64,000 nucleotides of DNA from Vicugna vicugna (lineage: Eukaryota). This document shows, piece after piece, positions 36,647 to 50,827 of the stretch (the stretch's first letter is position 1; every line of letters starts with the position of its first letter). Made by a program: the position numbers and the translations under genes. The notes under the pieces were generated by a model. It did not search any database, was not told the origin of the DNA, and saw only the letters and a program-made list of their open reading frames with translations. The DNA lies in assembly GCA_013265495.1 (NCBI GenBank), contig MU058241.1, forward strand, positions 310,001 through 374,000, in the 5' to 3' direction.

Positions 36647-37190
36647 TGTATCTGCAGCCCACTATCTCTCCATCCTTTTTTTAGGTGACACAGCCCTTCA
36701 TTTATTTTGGGAGCTCTCCTGCCTGGGGTTGCCAATCAGATGACACTGTATCACCCAATACAAAACTGACCTTGGAATTCAAGCTAGTTAATTAGGATAC
36801 CTATCCTCTGAACAAGGCTGAGCACATAACCCAAGCCAGACCAATGGCATTCTTACCTGGACTTCTGTCAAGATATCAGGAAAAAGAAATCTCTGTGTGA
36901 CCACACATGTGTCTGGCATTGTAGACAGCCATCTTTATTTCTACATGGAAAGCTTGCTTGGGAATAAAGCTAATAATAAAGAGGGTAGAAATGGGGAGAG
37001 TGTCTTGGGAATAAAGCTAATAATAAAGAGGGTAGAAATGGGGAGAGTGTGAAACAACACAATCTCAGTGACATGGGTGCCCCTGGGGGCAGCTGGACTC
37101 TTTCAGTATATGAGTCCACACTTCTTTTTTGGTTATATTAAATATATTGAGTTTTTATTGCCTGTCACTGAAGTAGGCTCATAAACTCCA
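36647..37190 (+). mobile_element. Old MaLR LTR (MLT1K-like)
   Basis: 'gagcacataacccaagccagaccaat', 'cagccatctt', 'tggactctttcagtatatgagtc'. Confidence 0.65.
36957..37050. repeat. Perfect tandem duplication, 2 x 47 bp
   Basis: cttgggaataaagctaataataaagagggtagaaatggggagagtgt at 36957-37003 and 37004-37050, identical. Confidence 0.97.
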
Positions 37191-37280
37191 TCTTTCCTCT
37201 GAAAAATGAGTCATCAGAAGATAGTGGAGAAGCACTTACAGGTTTTCAGGAAGAAAAGTATTATAATTTAAGAACATTGT

Positions 37281-37412
37281 GGGGTAGGGTATAGCTCAGT
37301 GGTAGAAGGCATGCTTTGCAAGCACGAGGTCCTGGGTTCAATCCCCAGTACCTCCACTAATCAAAAAAAAAAAAAGATAAATAAATAAGTAAAATACTTA
37401 TTGGAAAAAAGG
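37281..37412 (+). mobile_element. tRNA(Ala)-derived camelid SINE (Vic-1-like)
   Basis: ggggtagggtaTAGCTCAGTGG...GGTTCAATCCccagtacctcc plus an A-rich tail. TSD agaacatt(g/a)t at 37271-37280 and 37413-37422. Confidence 0.93.
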
Positions 37413-39699
37413 AGAACATTATAACAAAGTATGTTGACTTCCCCAGGTGCAGATTCTGGGGAAGGCCACAATTAGACAGTAGAGGGATCCAGAAAACACT
37501 GCACCTACGATTTTTTCCTGAACAGATGCTTGATGTCTTCGTCCAGTTTATGCCCATTTATTCAAACCACAGAACAAGATCTGGTTGACTTGCTGCCCTC
37601 TGCCTACTCCGAGAAGACTTGGGTTACCTGCCGTGCCCACAGCCTGCTCTGAGAAGGTCTGAAGTGGTCATCCTTGTGATATCTGAAGCCTGGGGCGCCA
37701 GTCAAAGTTGTTTAAACCAAGGATGGAGGATTTACACTGGTGGAATGTTCTGTGCTTGATTTATATCTCTGTCCACAGTCAGCCCTCTAAACTGGGTAAT
37801 AAGGGGCGTATCTATTAGATGTCAAAACATTGGAATTTGATTCTGATGCATTCAGAAAGAGTCAGCAGACAGCGAAACAACAGAGAAAACTCTGTCTATA
37901 TGGATTTAAATCATTTTTTTCTTTAAGATTTTTTTAAATTAAAAAATGAACATTAAATGTATATGATTTATGGCATTATACCTGTTGATTTATAAAGCTT
38001 AAGTAACTTTAAAGATTCCATATAATCATCATACGTAAAAATATCCACAGCAACGATCAACTACATCCAAACACTAACAGGGTGAATGTTTATGATCTCT
38101 GTTTTTCTACTTTTTGAGAATTTCCCAGTTTCTGTACACTTGTGCTACTTTAAAAAAAATTAAAAATAGCGTAGTCAGTTGAAGGTGAGAAATGGGCACC
38201 CAGGAAATAACCTGAGGATACTCAGTTGAGGAGCAGCCCTGGATTTCTGGCCACATGGCCTGTTAAGGGGGGCCTGGCTTTGTCTTTCTATCTTGACAAG
38301 ATGCAGGTAACAGGGAGGCCTTGGCATTGAGGTGTGCACTGGGGCTTTCCCATGCGTGGGCGTCCTTGCCCTGTCTCTGCTGATTAATGAGACGAAGCCG
38401 CCATCCTCCTTTTCAGTCAGCACTGTCTGTGGATGGTGTGCAATTCCCATCCATCTGGATGACTAATCATGATCTTTCCTAAACTATGAGCTTTTTCTGA
38501 ACTACTCTAAGTTTAGTTATCATCATGGAAATCCAAGATTTGGGGGTATTTTGCAATATTTCTAAATGTAAAAACAACCTGATTAAACAACTATTTAAGT
38601 ATTTACACTCTTTCTTTATCCCACACTATCTTTTTGTGATTCAAATGGTATGTCAGAGCCTTACCCTCCAGTCAAAGAACTTAATCTAATTGTGCTGACA
38701 GATTAATATAAATTGCATAGCATAGGATCAATCACACAATGAATCTTACAGCTTATTTCAAACTCTGGACACGGTACAACTCCAGAGTAAGGACTGTAAT
38801 AATGCTGGAAGTGACATTCGGACAGAATGTAAATGGAGTTATAGAACAAAGAGCTGCCTGTGGGAATGTGGGTACTGCCGTCATTCAAGACACTCCAGAC
38901 ATGCAGCCAGAGAAACTTAGGGCAGGGAGAAGTCCACTCCCCTGTGTATGCTTTTATTTTGTAATAACTTACAACAGTTTATTTCCTGGACATCCGCCGT
39001 TCCTGTCCTGGGGCTCAGGGGGGGAGAGGTAATGTTTGTGCAGATGCAGTTGGACAGGCAAGCCAACCTCCCATAGTGGGTCCTGGTGCTTCTTCCTTTC
39101 TACACGGTGAACACTCAGTATCAGACTGGATGAGTCACAGACTTAAAGAAAAATCAGTTTTGTGGCTGTTGGGCGTTTCAAATGTTATAAATTTTTAATG
39201 GATTTGATGCTCTTTGCACAGTTGCTGACAGCTCAAATCCAAAGGGTGTGAGGAAGATGAAATTCTTCCTATTTTCAAGTTGACAATGCAGATCCTAAGT
39301 CATACATTTCAGAGCCTTGTTTGTGAATACAAAGACCCTTATAATATAGTCACCAAAAAGATTTCATGAATAAATTATTTTTGATTGACCAATAATTTGC
39401 TTAATCATACAAAACAGACCTGTTCAACAGGGTGATAAGAAACTAGTAAATTAGGTTTATGAAATGAAAACCTAGTTTGACTGATTTTCAGACAACTCTT
39501 CAGAATTGCTTTTCCTACTTCTCAATATAGACATTCTCCAAGGAACTGCAGTTTCCTTCTTAGCTTCTTTACCTCAGTTTATCCTTTTAATTTCATGGGC
39601 TTGGCCAGGGTCAGGGTTTCAGATGTCTTGGTTGACTTCCCAGTTTTGCCTGTAGTTAATTATTTCAACATGTATCTGTAAAATATCTATAGCATGCCA

Positions 39700-40650
39700 A
39701 TATATGTTTTAGATATGGAGGAAATAGCTCTGAATGGTACAAGTGAGGTCTTTGCCACCAGGATAGAAGTCAAAATAGAGCTGGTTTTGTGGGGGTTGAT
39801 AGGGGTGGGAGTATGAGGGGTTCTGAGGTGCTGGCAGTGTTCTGTGTCTTGGCTGAATGTTAGTTCCATGGGAATGTTCACTCAGTGAAAATTCAGTAAG
39901 CTGTGCACTTGAAACATTTTCATTGTGGTTCAGTACACAGAAAATGCACTCACCCTGGGTGAGCAGTTTGCTGGACTTTCACAGATGGAACACAACTATG
40001 TAATGAGCAATGGAATGAAGTAGAGCCTGCTGACACGCCAGAATCACCTCTTTCACTCCTCTCCGGTCACTGACTTCCATCCTGCCCTCCAGAAGCGTAG
40101 AGTAGCCGTGCTCCTTTTCTGTACTTTGTGTAGCATATAGTGTTCTCTTTTGTATCGCCTCCTTTCCCTCAGTCTTATGTTTGAGATTTATCCATACTTT
40201 TACATGTGGTATATCACTCATTCTCATTGTCACATAGTTTTCCATGTGTAAATAAAATGCAATTCATTCATCCATTCAAAGATTAATGGACATTTGGATC
40301 ATTTCTACTTTTTGTCATAATGAGTTAAGCTGCTCTGAACATCCTGTACATGTTTTTGATGAACTTACGTCAGCATATCTGTTGGATGTATTCCTGGGAA
40401 AGGAATCGCTGGGTTTTAGGGTGTGCATATGTTTACCTTTTTTTGATATTTGCCCCACCGTTTTCCAAAATGGTGCAAGGATTTATGCTCCAGGAGCACA
40501 TGAGCGTTGCTGCAAGTCCTCGCCAACAGCAGGTGTTGATGTTGTCTGTCTCCTGAATATTAGCCGTTCTGGTATGTGTAAGCCGGACACTTCTACACTT
40601 TACTGTACATATGTTCTATGTCAATAAGGAGTTTGCTTTAAAAAAAATAA
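39700..40650. mobile_element. Nested old L1 3' ends: + strand L1MC/ME (39700-39915, 40580-40650) interrupted by a - strand L1ME (39920-40578)
   Basis: 'ggtgctggcagtgttctgtgtcttgg...tgttcactcagtgaaaattca..agctgtgcactt' resumes at 'tgttctatgtcaataa'. The inner element has 'tgtttgagatttatccat', 'atggacatttgg' and 'ttttccaaaatggt'. Confidence 0.7.
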
Positions 40651-40829
40651 CCTCATAGATCTCCACCCTTCTGGTAAAACCTCAGCCTTCTTTTTCTCTA
40701 ATAGTGGCTTGCCATGATTCTTGACTTCTAGGCTCAAAGCCCTAGAATTGTTTGATTGGTGTTCTCTCTCCTCACATCAGCTAAGTCAAGTCTTATTGAG
40801 TCTATTTCCCATGCATTTCTCAAAGCCCA

Positions 40830-42080
40830 CAAGAGCATGGGTTGACTTTTTTCTGGAGGTTCTTGAAATGCTTCAAAGAGAAGAGATCCTTGAGTTACAC
40901 TTGAAGGGACAAGTAGGGCTACCACGTAGGCAAAGGTATCATAAAGGCATTTCTGGAAGGGAGAACAGTGTGTGTAAATGTGTGAAGAAATATGATGATA
41001 TGATATGCTCAAGGGTACCGTAAGCTTTTCAGTGTGGCTGAGGCATGGACAAAGGATGGGAGATGAGATTGGGAAGATAGGTAGGAGGCAGGTCATGCAG
41101 GAGGTTGTGTGTAATGCTGATTGGTTTGGAATTTTATGATTACAAAATGGGAATAGCGAGTAATCTTTTAAATGAGGAGGGACTTGTTTGTGCTTTAGAG
41201 AGATCAATGTCATAACATAATGAAAAATAGATTAGAATGATGAGTCTGTTCTTAGGGAGACCAATTAGGAAACACTTGTAATATTTTCTGGGTGATAAGT
41301 TTGAAGATCTGAGCAAAAATAGTAGCGATGTACATGGCAAGGAGGAGATGGCCGTGCAGTGTTAAGATGATCAGATTTTCAGGAGCTAGTGAGTGGAAAG
41401 GTGATGGAGAAGAAAGATGGCATGAATGACTCTGAAATCTTTGGCCATGGATGATGGGGTATAGTGGTGCCCTGAGTGGGAATTGCATCTTGAGGATGGT
41501 GACAGTAGGGAGGAAGGAAAAATGAGGAAGGAAAAATGATGCACAGAGTTTAAACAGTGGTGGAGTTGACACATTAATAAAGCATTCAAATGGAGAAAGT
41601 CCAGTAGGTACTTAAAAATTTGATTCTGTAGGCTTAGGAAAGAGATTTACTAGAGACAGGTAACTGACCATTGTAGACATTCTAGGGTAATGGAAAGGAC
41701 AGATGTGAGTGAGGTCCGTCAAAAGGGTGAGAGTAAGAAATGAGAGTTGAGGATGGAACCTGACCTTTAAGTGGCAGGCAGAGAAGTCCGAGCCCATGAA
41801 AGGAACTAAAGCTAAAATGTGTTTCCTTGACAACCAAGGTAATAAACAGTTTCAGAGATGGAAGTGGCCAACAATGTCGAGTATTTTGGAATGGTCAAGT
41901 AAAACAGGGAACAAAAAGCCAGCCATGGTCTTGACAAAAGCACTTTCAGCGGTGTGGTTGAGGTTAAAGCCAGATGGAGACAGATCAAGAAGAAATGGGA
42001 GATGAAGAAATGAACTTAACAATGACTGTTCTTTCAAGAAGTTTGTCTCTGAGGAGGGGTGAAATGGGAATATAAATAAA
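40830..42080 (-). mobile_element. L2 (L2a-like) fragment
   Basis: Purine-rich antisense L2 motifs 'gtaggaggcaggtcatgcaggagg', 'gggagaccaattagga', 'ggtcttgacaaaagcactttcagcggtgtggttgagg...aagccagatggag'. Confidence 0.8.
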
Positions 42081-45059
42081 GGAGTCTAGGGTACTTTTCC
42101 CTCTTGTTTCTCTAAAACATGTAACAGTATCATATGGATAGCAAATATTCAACATGGGAGTGTTGGAGGAATACATGTATTATTTCTATTCCCTTTGCTG
42201 GCTTGTTATAATGTTTTTTATTGACTGTGAACATGAAATAACCATTTAAACATACGCTTGGTCAATAATCTAAGTTACACTTCTGAATTTGTGTAGTCTA
42301 GATTCAAATACATACGAATTTCCGCTAGTTTTTCCCAGAAATATTGTTAAGTGCTTGTATTTAAATGTTTTGTGGGACATCTAGTTCTCATAACATAAAG
42401 AGGCAGATTTTATACTATTATCATTATACATTGGTGATATTATAACAGAGGAATGGTTTCAATTAAGTGGAATTTTGAAATGGCAAAGGTAAAGAGAAGG
42501 AAACATTGTTTTAAAAATTAGACTAGAACCATTTCTTCATTCTAGAGAGGAGGCAGAATTCATATGAAGATGAAAGCTGCTCTTTTGTTTAGGTAAACAC
42601 TGTAATTGTTCTTTTGGTTATAAAGGTTGAAAGGAGGAGGTTAAGACAATGGGAGGTTAAAATACAGCATAGTTGGGCAACATGAATTTTCCATTGTCTC
42701 TTTTGATCCACGGGCTTTCGGAGTCCAGGGCTCAAAAAAGAAGGGATGGATACAGAGGAAGTAATTTCATAATGGCAGAGTTTATTTTCTTTACTGCTGA
42801 ATCTCTTGTACCGAGCCCCATGCCTGGTAAATAAGTAAGGTTTTGACAACTAATCGTTGGGTGAATGAACGATTTTTTATAGAGTAAGGAAAGGCAGACT
42901 CCAGAAATATGGGAAATTAATAAGGAATTCTCTGTGCAAGAAAGGCTGATGGACTTTTAATATGGAACCTGATACTCAGTTTTCAGTAATTTTTCACTCT
43001 GTGCCGCCATCCCCCTTTTATCCAGGTCCTTGGCCAAGTGTGCTAGTTTGGTAGGATTGGGTTAGGTGCTTTAGGAAAAGGAGGAGTGGGCTCTGGGTGG
43101 AGAGGGCAGCAAGGACAGCAGGTAGGAGGAGGGTCCAGATACTGTGAAAGCAGGTGGGCAAGAGCTCAGAGTAAGAGATGCTAGTGGACAGCCCAGAGAT
43201 TCTCAGCCTCAGCCCCAGAATCTGAAGAAATATTCGATAGCAACGTGAAGTTCCCACAGAAATGGGCTGCACATTTATCTGGGTGTCAAAGAAAAGAGTG
43301 GCAGAGGGGTGGCATGTAACGTGTACACGGCTGGGACTTTACACACACACGCAAGCACACGTGTGCCCCCACACGCTCACTTCCACTCATGCTCTGCCAC
43401 AGACACCTTACATACTGTGAAGATGGAAGTGAGCAGCGGGTAATTTAAAATGTGGGTCTTTCAGTTCTGTATCACTGTGGTGTTCTGTGAGGGAAGCGTG
43501 TCAGGAGGGGAATGAGGAGTTCTCCACTTCCCAAGATCTCAGGGCCTTGCCTGGGTGTTCAGCATCTGAAGGAGAATTCCTCTGGATGCCTAGGAGGCGG
43601 GGAGGGTGGTTCTTCCTCACTACCTCCATTGCTGTTCCTCATCGACATCAAGGAGCAGGTTTGCAAACTGGTAACATATCTGCAGTTTGACTGTATCACT
43701 GAGTTCAGAGCCCATTGCTGGTAATATATCTGCATTTTGACAGATTCTTTCTTAAGACTGTATCTTAACCCTCGCTGCCCGCCCCCACCCCCTAAACTTC
43801 AACTATTTGGTGGGAAATGAGTGGTGATGGTGAGAGTTTGTGGAGAAGGAAGCCTCAGAGCATTTCTTAAATCCTGTGGTGGTAGAGAAAGTCAGCCTGC
43901 TATATTGGGAAATGTGGATACTTGTTCTGGATTGGTCTTTAATCAACTGGGTGGCCTTGGGCACATCAGTGGACTCTGCTCCACGGTGTCTGGCTGGGTG
44001 TAGAATACTTGTTCTCAGGCACAGTCTTACTCCAAAGCTCTGTGTGGAAACCAAGGCTAGCTCTGCATGAAGCCGGATGATTGGGCACAGGTGGTGGTGG
44101 TGCTCATTCTCTTGTGCTCCAGTCTCCTGCAGCACCCCTGAGAAGCTCCTCAGAAATCCTGGGGGCTTTCAGAGTGCAGGGTGAAGCTCAGTGAACTCAT
44201 ACTTCTCCAGGGTCTCACCCAGCAGTGACAGCTTGGCATTTGCTGTTGCTTCGTACGTGGATGCTTGATCTCCTTGCACAGAGACTACCCAGTTAGGTTA
44301 GGGCCCCTGGAATGGGAGCTAGTGAGTTTTGTTTTATGCTGGATGGGTGAAAGTTGAAGATCTCGACTCACCTCAAACATTGGGCCAGTCCTGTCACCAA
44401 AAATGTAGGAAATGGTGTGAACCAACCAAGGCTTTTATTATCCTACTTATAATTCTTCAGGAGAAGGATTGCATAAATTCCATCCATTATCTGAGGCTCT
44501 GATGGGGTGGGAATTCAGAGATGACTGTCCTTTTGGTCTCCCTATGAGTCTTACTTTCTATGCTGTGGGGTGGGTTATACACAAGGGTGCACAATGAATG
44601 ACTTGTTAATATAAGAGATGTTTTCTCAGCACATCTGAAGAAGATGGGATATGTGAGTGTTGGCATTTTAATCAGATTACCTGTCAGATTTTGTTCCTTA
44701 AGCAATCAATCAAGTGGAGGAAGAAAGAAAGAAAAACAAAACCCAGCTTTTGGTAGAATGAAGGATGATAAAATGACAGTAAAGATCTAAAGATACATGA
44801 ACAATAGCAAAACACAGCTAGACAATTCCATAGCCACAAGATGCACATTAGAAGTCTGTATGAAGGGCATAATATTATGCATAAGGGAGAAAAAAATATG
44901 TGCTTTTATGTTAATTGCATTCAAGGGACAATAGTATTCTCCCTAAAAGACAGAGAGTGAGGATGCAGTGTTGGCTTGGTGGAGAAAATTGACAGGGAAC
45001 TTTCATTCAATGATGCTGCGTATTTGTTCCCTCTGAGCACTGTTTGGGCTGAATCCCAC

Positions 45060-45400
45060 AAAATCGATACATTTTATTTTCACTAATATTCCCTTCAAAA
45101 TATTTTATAATGTTAGTTGTCATTTCGTCTTTTGCATTTGGGTTTCTTTTAAATGTGTGTTGCTGGATTTAAAAATGTTTGGAAATATATTTATCTTGTT
45201 TTTTGACTGACTTCTATTTTAATTTCATTCTGTTTTGAGAACATCGTCTGTATGATACCAGTTGCTTTTCACTTGTCTTATGGTCTATCCTAGTGAATGT
45301 TCCAAATGCCCTTGGAAAAAAATGTGTATTATTCAGATGTCATTTGTGTATATGTCTTCTATATGTGTCCATTCATTCAACTTGGTTAGTAATGTTCAGT
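45060..45400 (-). mobile_element. Ancient L1 ORF2 endonuclease-region fragment
   Basis: 'tatggtctatcctagtgaatgttccaaatgcccttggaaaaaatgtgtatt'. Confidence 0.7.
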
Positions 45401-46806
45401 ATTTCATCTTAGTGGAGAAAAAAATGTAGAATGTTTAGGTAATCTTCAAAGGTAATGTCATGTGATGAGTAAAGATAATTACATAATTTTCCAGACAAAC
45501 AAAAAGCACTGTTTCATTCAATAAAGCCAAACCCAGTCCAACTTTTATTAATGAGGTAATAAATAAGGGTATTTGTTTTAGATTATCTCAACTGACCACA
45601 AATTAATTAAACTTCTAATTTACTTTTCATGTTAAATTATGGTGAGATAATGATTCTATACTTTATAGATGAAAACAGCTGTTCTAAGGATACCTAATAC
45701 TGGTACATAGATACCTTCATTATCAACCAGGAAAAAAAGACAATATTTACATAAAAATATATTCTGTACTTCACATAGGGAAATACCCTACACTCTATTA
45801 ACAAGCTGCTCCTGGACCATGTGAGAAATGACACAATTTTCAATACTCTGACATAACAAATTTTACTAGTTTTCTGTAGAAGGTAGTTAAGATCAACACG
45901 TTAATTAGACGTGTATTCTTAATGCTGATTAAAAACTGCTGAAATACATACCAATCCATAATTTTGCCTCTATCATCTCAAAGTAACAAACTGTTTTAGT
46001 TGAATTTTGAATTTCACTAGATACTTTCAGAAGTCCTCTTTCCTTCTTGTTCGATTGCATACAGTTACCGTTCCCTGCTACAATGTTAGAAATACTCCAA
46101 ATAGCTTGGAATTCAAAACTCCCTACTGTATAACTTTACAACGCATACCTTGACATCTTCCCTTTCCACGCACTAGCTTTCTGTCACAATAGCAAGTAGG
46201 TTCTCTATAGCAGAGATGCTTTCCCTAAGCATAGGTCAAACTAAAGTCTGACAACATGCTAAAGAAGCAACTTTTAGTTCGATCTGTTCATTCTTGTGCA
46301 AATGTGCCTACTGTCCCATCCATACAGAGAGTTCATGGTGAGATCTGTGACATGGGGTGGGCTGTTCCTTATCTTTGAGCTACACAAGATTGTGCTGGGG
46401 TCACAAGAAATCCTGCTGCATGAGGAAAATAGAATACATTTTTAATGCCGAAGAATGGGCAGCTCCTTTGAACTCTAGCCTTTTGCAGGCAGTTGGAATT
46501 GCATTTGGTATCTGAAGGAGAATGTAGCTCACAGACAGCTGTACTGCTCAGGACTCCAATCTCTGCTGTCTGTTTATCAGATGCCAGTGGCATTTCTCAA
46601 AGTCAGAAACTTGTTCACACTGGATGGCTTTCTAATTGACTGTGACGCACCAAGCATGTTTATCAGAGCCCAGTGTGTGTAATGCTTTGGAAATAAATAA
46701 CCACCATTCTCCTGCTATTTAACCTTTATACATGAGTCAGGTCATTGAAGAGTTTCTTCCAGCCAGAAAAGGTTTTTACACCAAACTGAAATATTTAACA
46801 CCTTAC

Positions 46807-46943
46807 ATGGCAGTGAATTGTAATTGAGCTTGGTGGTTCGCCCCCAGGAAAGTTTTGGCTATTTATGGAGTAGCAGTGTACCATAGTGATAATTGGACGG
46901 TCATACTGCATCTGATGGTGGGTGACGTGAGCCCAGCAAATAC
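46807..46943 (-). other. Candidate exon (137 nt), unknown transcript
   Basis: Acceptor 'tattgttccag|' with an upstream T-rich tract, donor 'CAT|gtaagg', one open frame. Confidence 0.3.
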
Positions 46944-48239
46944 CTGGAACAATACAGCATGATACTCCAGATTTCATTTTGACATCCAAATAAGTTAAGA
47001 AAAGCAAACAAACAAGAAGAAAAAACAAACAAAACCCCCACAATATATAATTGCCTGAAGCTAGAATTACACAATTTTATGTGTAAAGGAAATTTTTCCA
47101 CACAACTTTAATATACTTTGAATTTTTCCAGATTGCAATTCTTATGTAATTTGAGGGTAGACCTTACATTGTTTTATTTGTGAGTTTACAAAGAGTATCA
47201 CCATTTTGAGAAAGCATGTCGACTAGAGCAGTGCCACTCATGGTGGTTGAGTTGCCATTTATTTATATTATTTCATATAATTTCTAGCACTTTGTAGTTT
47301 CTCTTGACAAAGACCTTTTTTTGATTTCCAAATTCTACTCTCTGTAGTGACCTGCAGCTGTGCAGGGAGAAGAGCACCCCAGAAACCCATCAGAGTTAAG
47401 AAAGAATTGTGGATACATATAGAGATGAAATAAGGATGTTAACTAACGTAAAATGGGCATGCCAGTGTCGTCTACAGAAAATTTAGAAAGGAGCTGGCCT
47501 TACTGTGCAAACTATGAACTTATTTCTATGTTCTGAGACCACAACAACAACAGCAAAACCCTAACGGGTCAGAATCACCTACCGATGTCTCTCTGGGAGG
47601 CATGGCAGTTGCAGTCTTGTCTTTCATAAGGGTAGAGTACAGCATTTAGGACTCATAAAAATGCCACTTAGCAGAACTACTCAAGTTCAAGTACTGTCTG
47701 ACTTGGGGCCTTTTCATGATATTTTCTTCAATTTTGAAGAGTTACTTTAAGATAAAAAGCTCCGTTTCTTTCGGTTTTGCTTGATTTAATGTAGTCAGTG
47801 TACAGTGAGTCCTCCATGTCATACAGATGTGTGTGAATCTGTCCCTAACCTTAAGGTATAGATTCATGGGGGAGATGACTTTCCAAACAACCAAAATATA
47901 AGGCAGATTTCCCATGACAGACAAAAGCTCTCAGTGGGTTTGAATGAGGAAAAGTGTCTCATACATTTAAAAGCATCAGGGAACAGTGCACTGAGAGGAA
48001 ACATTTGAGGTGAGTTTGAAATTTGGGTGGAATTCTGTCAGCCTGGGATGAAATATTAATGATATCAGGGACATATGAAGGAAAAGTCTGGTTTTCCTGG
48101 CGATCAGTCAAATAAAAGGGGAACCATGTGACAAACTGAAATGTTGTTTGAAGTCATAATGTGGAAGTCTTGGGGTTTGGCATTTGGAAAATGTTGGTCT
48201 TCCTTTCTTTTTTTTGTTTTCCCCCTGAGAAGATATGAG

Positions 48240-49149
48240 TTTTTGTTTTGTTTTGTTTTGTTTTTTGAGTTATAGCCATTTTATAATGTTGTGTCAATTT
48301 CCAGTGTAGAGCACAATTTTTCAGTTATACATGAACATACATATATTTATTGTTGCATTCTTTTTCGCTGTGAGCTACCACAAGATTTTGTATATATTTC
48401 CCTGTGCTATACAGTATAATCTTGTTTGCCTAGTCTACATATGCCTGTCAGTATCTACAAATTTCGAACTCCCAGTCTATCCCTTTGCACCCCCCTCCCC
48501 CTTGGCAACCACAAGTTTGTATTCTATGTATGTGAGTCTGTTTCTGTTTTGTAGTTGTGTTCTTTTTTTTTTTTTCAGATTCCACATATGAACAATCTCA
48601 TATAGTATTTTCTTTCTCTTTCTGCCTTACTTAGAATGACATTCTCCAGGGGCATCCATGTTGCTACAGTGGTGTTATGTTACTGTTTTTTATGGCTGAA
48701 TAGTATTCTGTTGTATAAATATACCACCTCTTCTTTATCCAGTCATCTGTTGATGGACATTGAGGCTATTTCCATGTCTCGGCTTTTGTAAATAGTGCTG
48801 CTATGAACACTGGGGTGCAGGTGTCTTTTTGAAGTAGGGTTCCTTCTGGATATATGCCCAGGAGTGGGATTCCTGGGTCATATGTTAAGTCTATTCTTAG
48901 TCTTTTGAGGAATCTCCATAATGTTTTCTACAGTGACTGCACCAAACTGCATTCCCACGAGCAATGTAGGAGGGTTCCCCTTTCTCCACAGCCTCTCCAG
49001 CATTTGTCATTTGTGGCCTTTTAAATGATGGCCATTCTGACTAGTGTGAGGTGTAGTTTTGATTTGCATTTCTCTGATAATTAGTGATATTGAGCATTTT
49101 TTCATGTGCCTATTGATCATTTGTATTTCTTCGTTGGAGAATTGCTTGC
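48240..49149 (-). mobile_element. Young camelid L1 3' end (~0.9 kb, 5'-truncated)
   Basis: (TTTTG)n tail, 'ttccagtgtagagcacaatttttcagttatacatgaacat', and antisense ORF2 C-terminal sequence with low apparent divergence. Confidence 0.93.
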
Positions 49150-50827
49150 AATCTAGGAAGTTTGTGTATTAAAAAGGAACTAAGCCATTGGTCTGGGACA
49201 TTATTTTCAGAGACCCCTCTCACTCCCCACTAATAGGTCTGGTGACTATATCCTTGTACCTCTGATTTTCTATATCTGGACATAATAACTTCCCTTTAAT
49301 TATGTTTTAATTTAATTTCCCCTTTAATTCTTTAATAAATTTCCAATTAGATTGGTTTAAGAAAACAAGTGCTGGTTTGTACATAAAAATCAAGTAAATG
49401 ATGAAGCATTATGTACCTATTCTTATTAGAAAAGTGTTCATTTCAGAATTTACTAATGAATTATATAAAACATAGAAAATATAAGGAATATATAGATTCT
49501 CTGTAGATTTTTGAACTAGGCTAGTGATATTCCTTCTAATTCTGTGTCCAGCTTTAGGTTTTGATGTAAATTTTATAAATACACACACACACACACACAC
49601 GCAATAATTTTGAAGCACTCTTAAAGTTTTCAGTGAGAAGTTGCTAAAAAGTTTAATTCTAAGGACTGTGGAGAAAAGTAAGAGAAGTGTATGGTTTGAG
49701 GTCCAGAGGAAAGGTAGCCAGGTGTTCAGTGCAGTATCACATACTAGGACTGAACTCTTTCTGCAGCTTCTAGAGCAGGGGTTCAAAATGGTGTGGGACT
49801 TCTCTAATGTGGCTTTTCTGTGGCTCCCTTGTGCAGCATTTTCTTGGTCTCTTCTCCAAAACAACGCTATTATGCTTCAAACGCATCACAGTGGAACACT
49901 GCCTTCTATGCTTTATTAATACTGAGGGAGAAACAGCATGTGAAAATTTCTCTCACGTTATGAAGGTTCTTTTGAAGACTATTTAGTGCTGATTCCCCTC
50001 CGAAAGAAAACATAGTCAGCAAACATGACATAACGTACATTCACTTGTGGCCGTGTATGTAGACTTCTCCCCAACTTTCTAGTCCTTTTGGGAAACCACA
50101 ACTGGAGTAGAATACAGTGATGACTGAGTGAGTATGTCTATAGAGGGTGGTAAGAGTTCACTGATGCGAAGTGAAAGAAAGTGTTCACTCTACTACAGTG
50201 CCAAAAGAGCAATTTGAGATGCCACTGCTGTACAGATGTCACTAAAGGAAATATACCAGTGTTTGGTCTCTCCAGGACAGACGAGGATCAAGGTCTCATG
50301 TCACTGTTGACTTTCACTTGATTGTTTTGTTTCCTGCAGGCTTTCATTTGAGCGTGCTGTTGCTATGTGAAGCACAAAGTGATTCATGTCAGATTGTTGC
50401 AGTGATTGTGCCTTCTGTTGTTTAATGTGCTTTGTCAGTGGTTTATTTTCTCTAGCATTTATTTTAAATTTGTGAGGTATAAATATACATATCCATACTT
50501 TCTTTTTCTTTGCATTTTCTGACATGTCTTTGTATGAATATAATTTTTCTTTACTTGCATTCTTACATACAGCTTGTACTTAGGTTTTTTATTTTGGTCC
50601 AAGTTGGAAGTCCATTCCTTTTAGTATGTGAGTTATTCCATTTTTATTTACTGGTAAATCAATTCACCAATAGTGATCTCAGTTCTGTTACTTTATGGTA
50701 TGTTATGATTGCTTTTCATAATTTTGTCTTTATTTTTGACATATGATGTGTATGCTTTATGTATGCTCTTTATGATTATATAGACTTTTAAGGCTATATA
50801 TTACTTCTGATAACTGTTGGTAGTTTA

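Larger units (their letters stand above)
36270..37560 (+). mobile_element. Very old L1/HAL1 ORF1-like remnant hosting an MLT1 LTR and a SINE
   Basis: A-rich and ORF1-like: 'agaagatagtggagaagcacttacaggttttcaggaagaaaagtattataatttaagaacatt'. Confidence 0.45.

Noticed and set aside
37281..37356. tRNA-Ala-like gene (also 11030-11103 on the minus strand)
   Set aside because: It has A and B boxes but is followed by an A-rich tail and flanked by TSDs, and the acceptor stem is not intact. It is a tRNA-derived SINE, not a tRNA gene.
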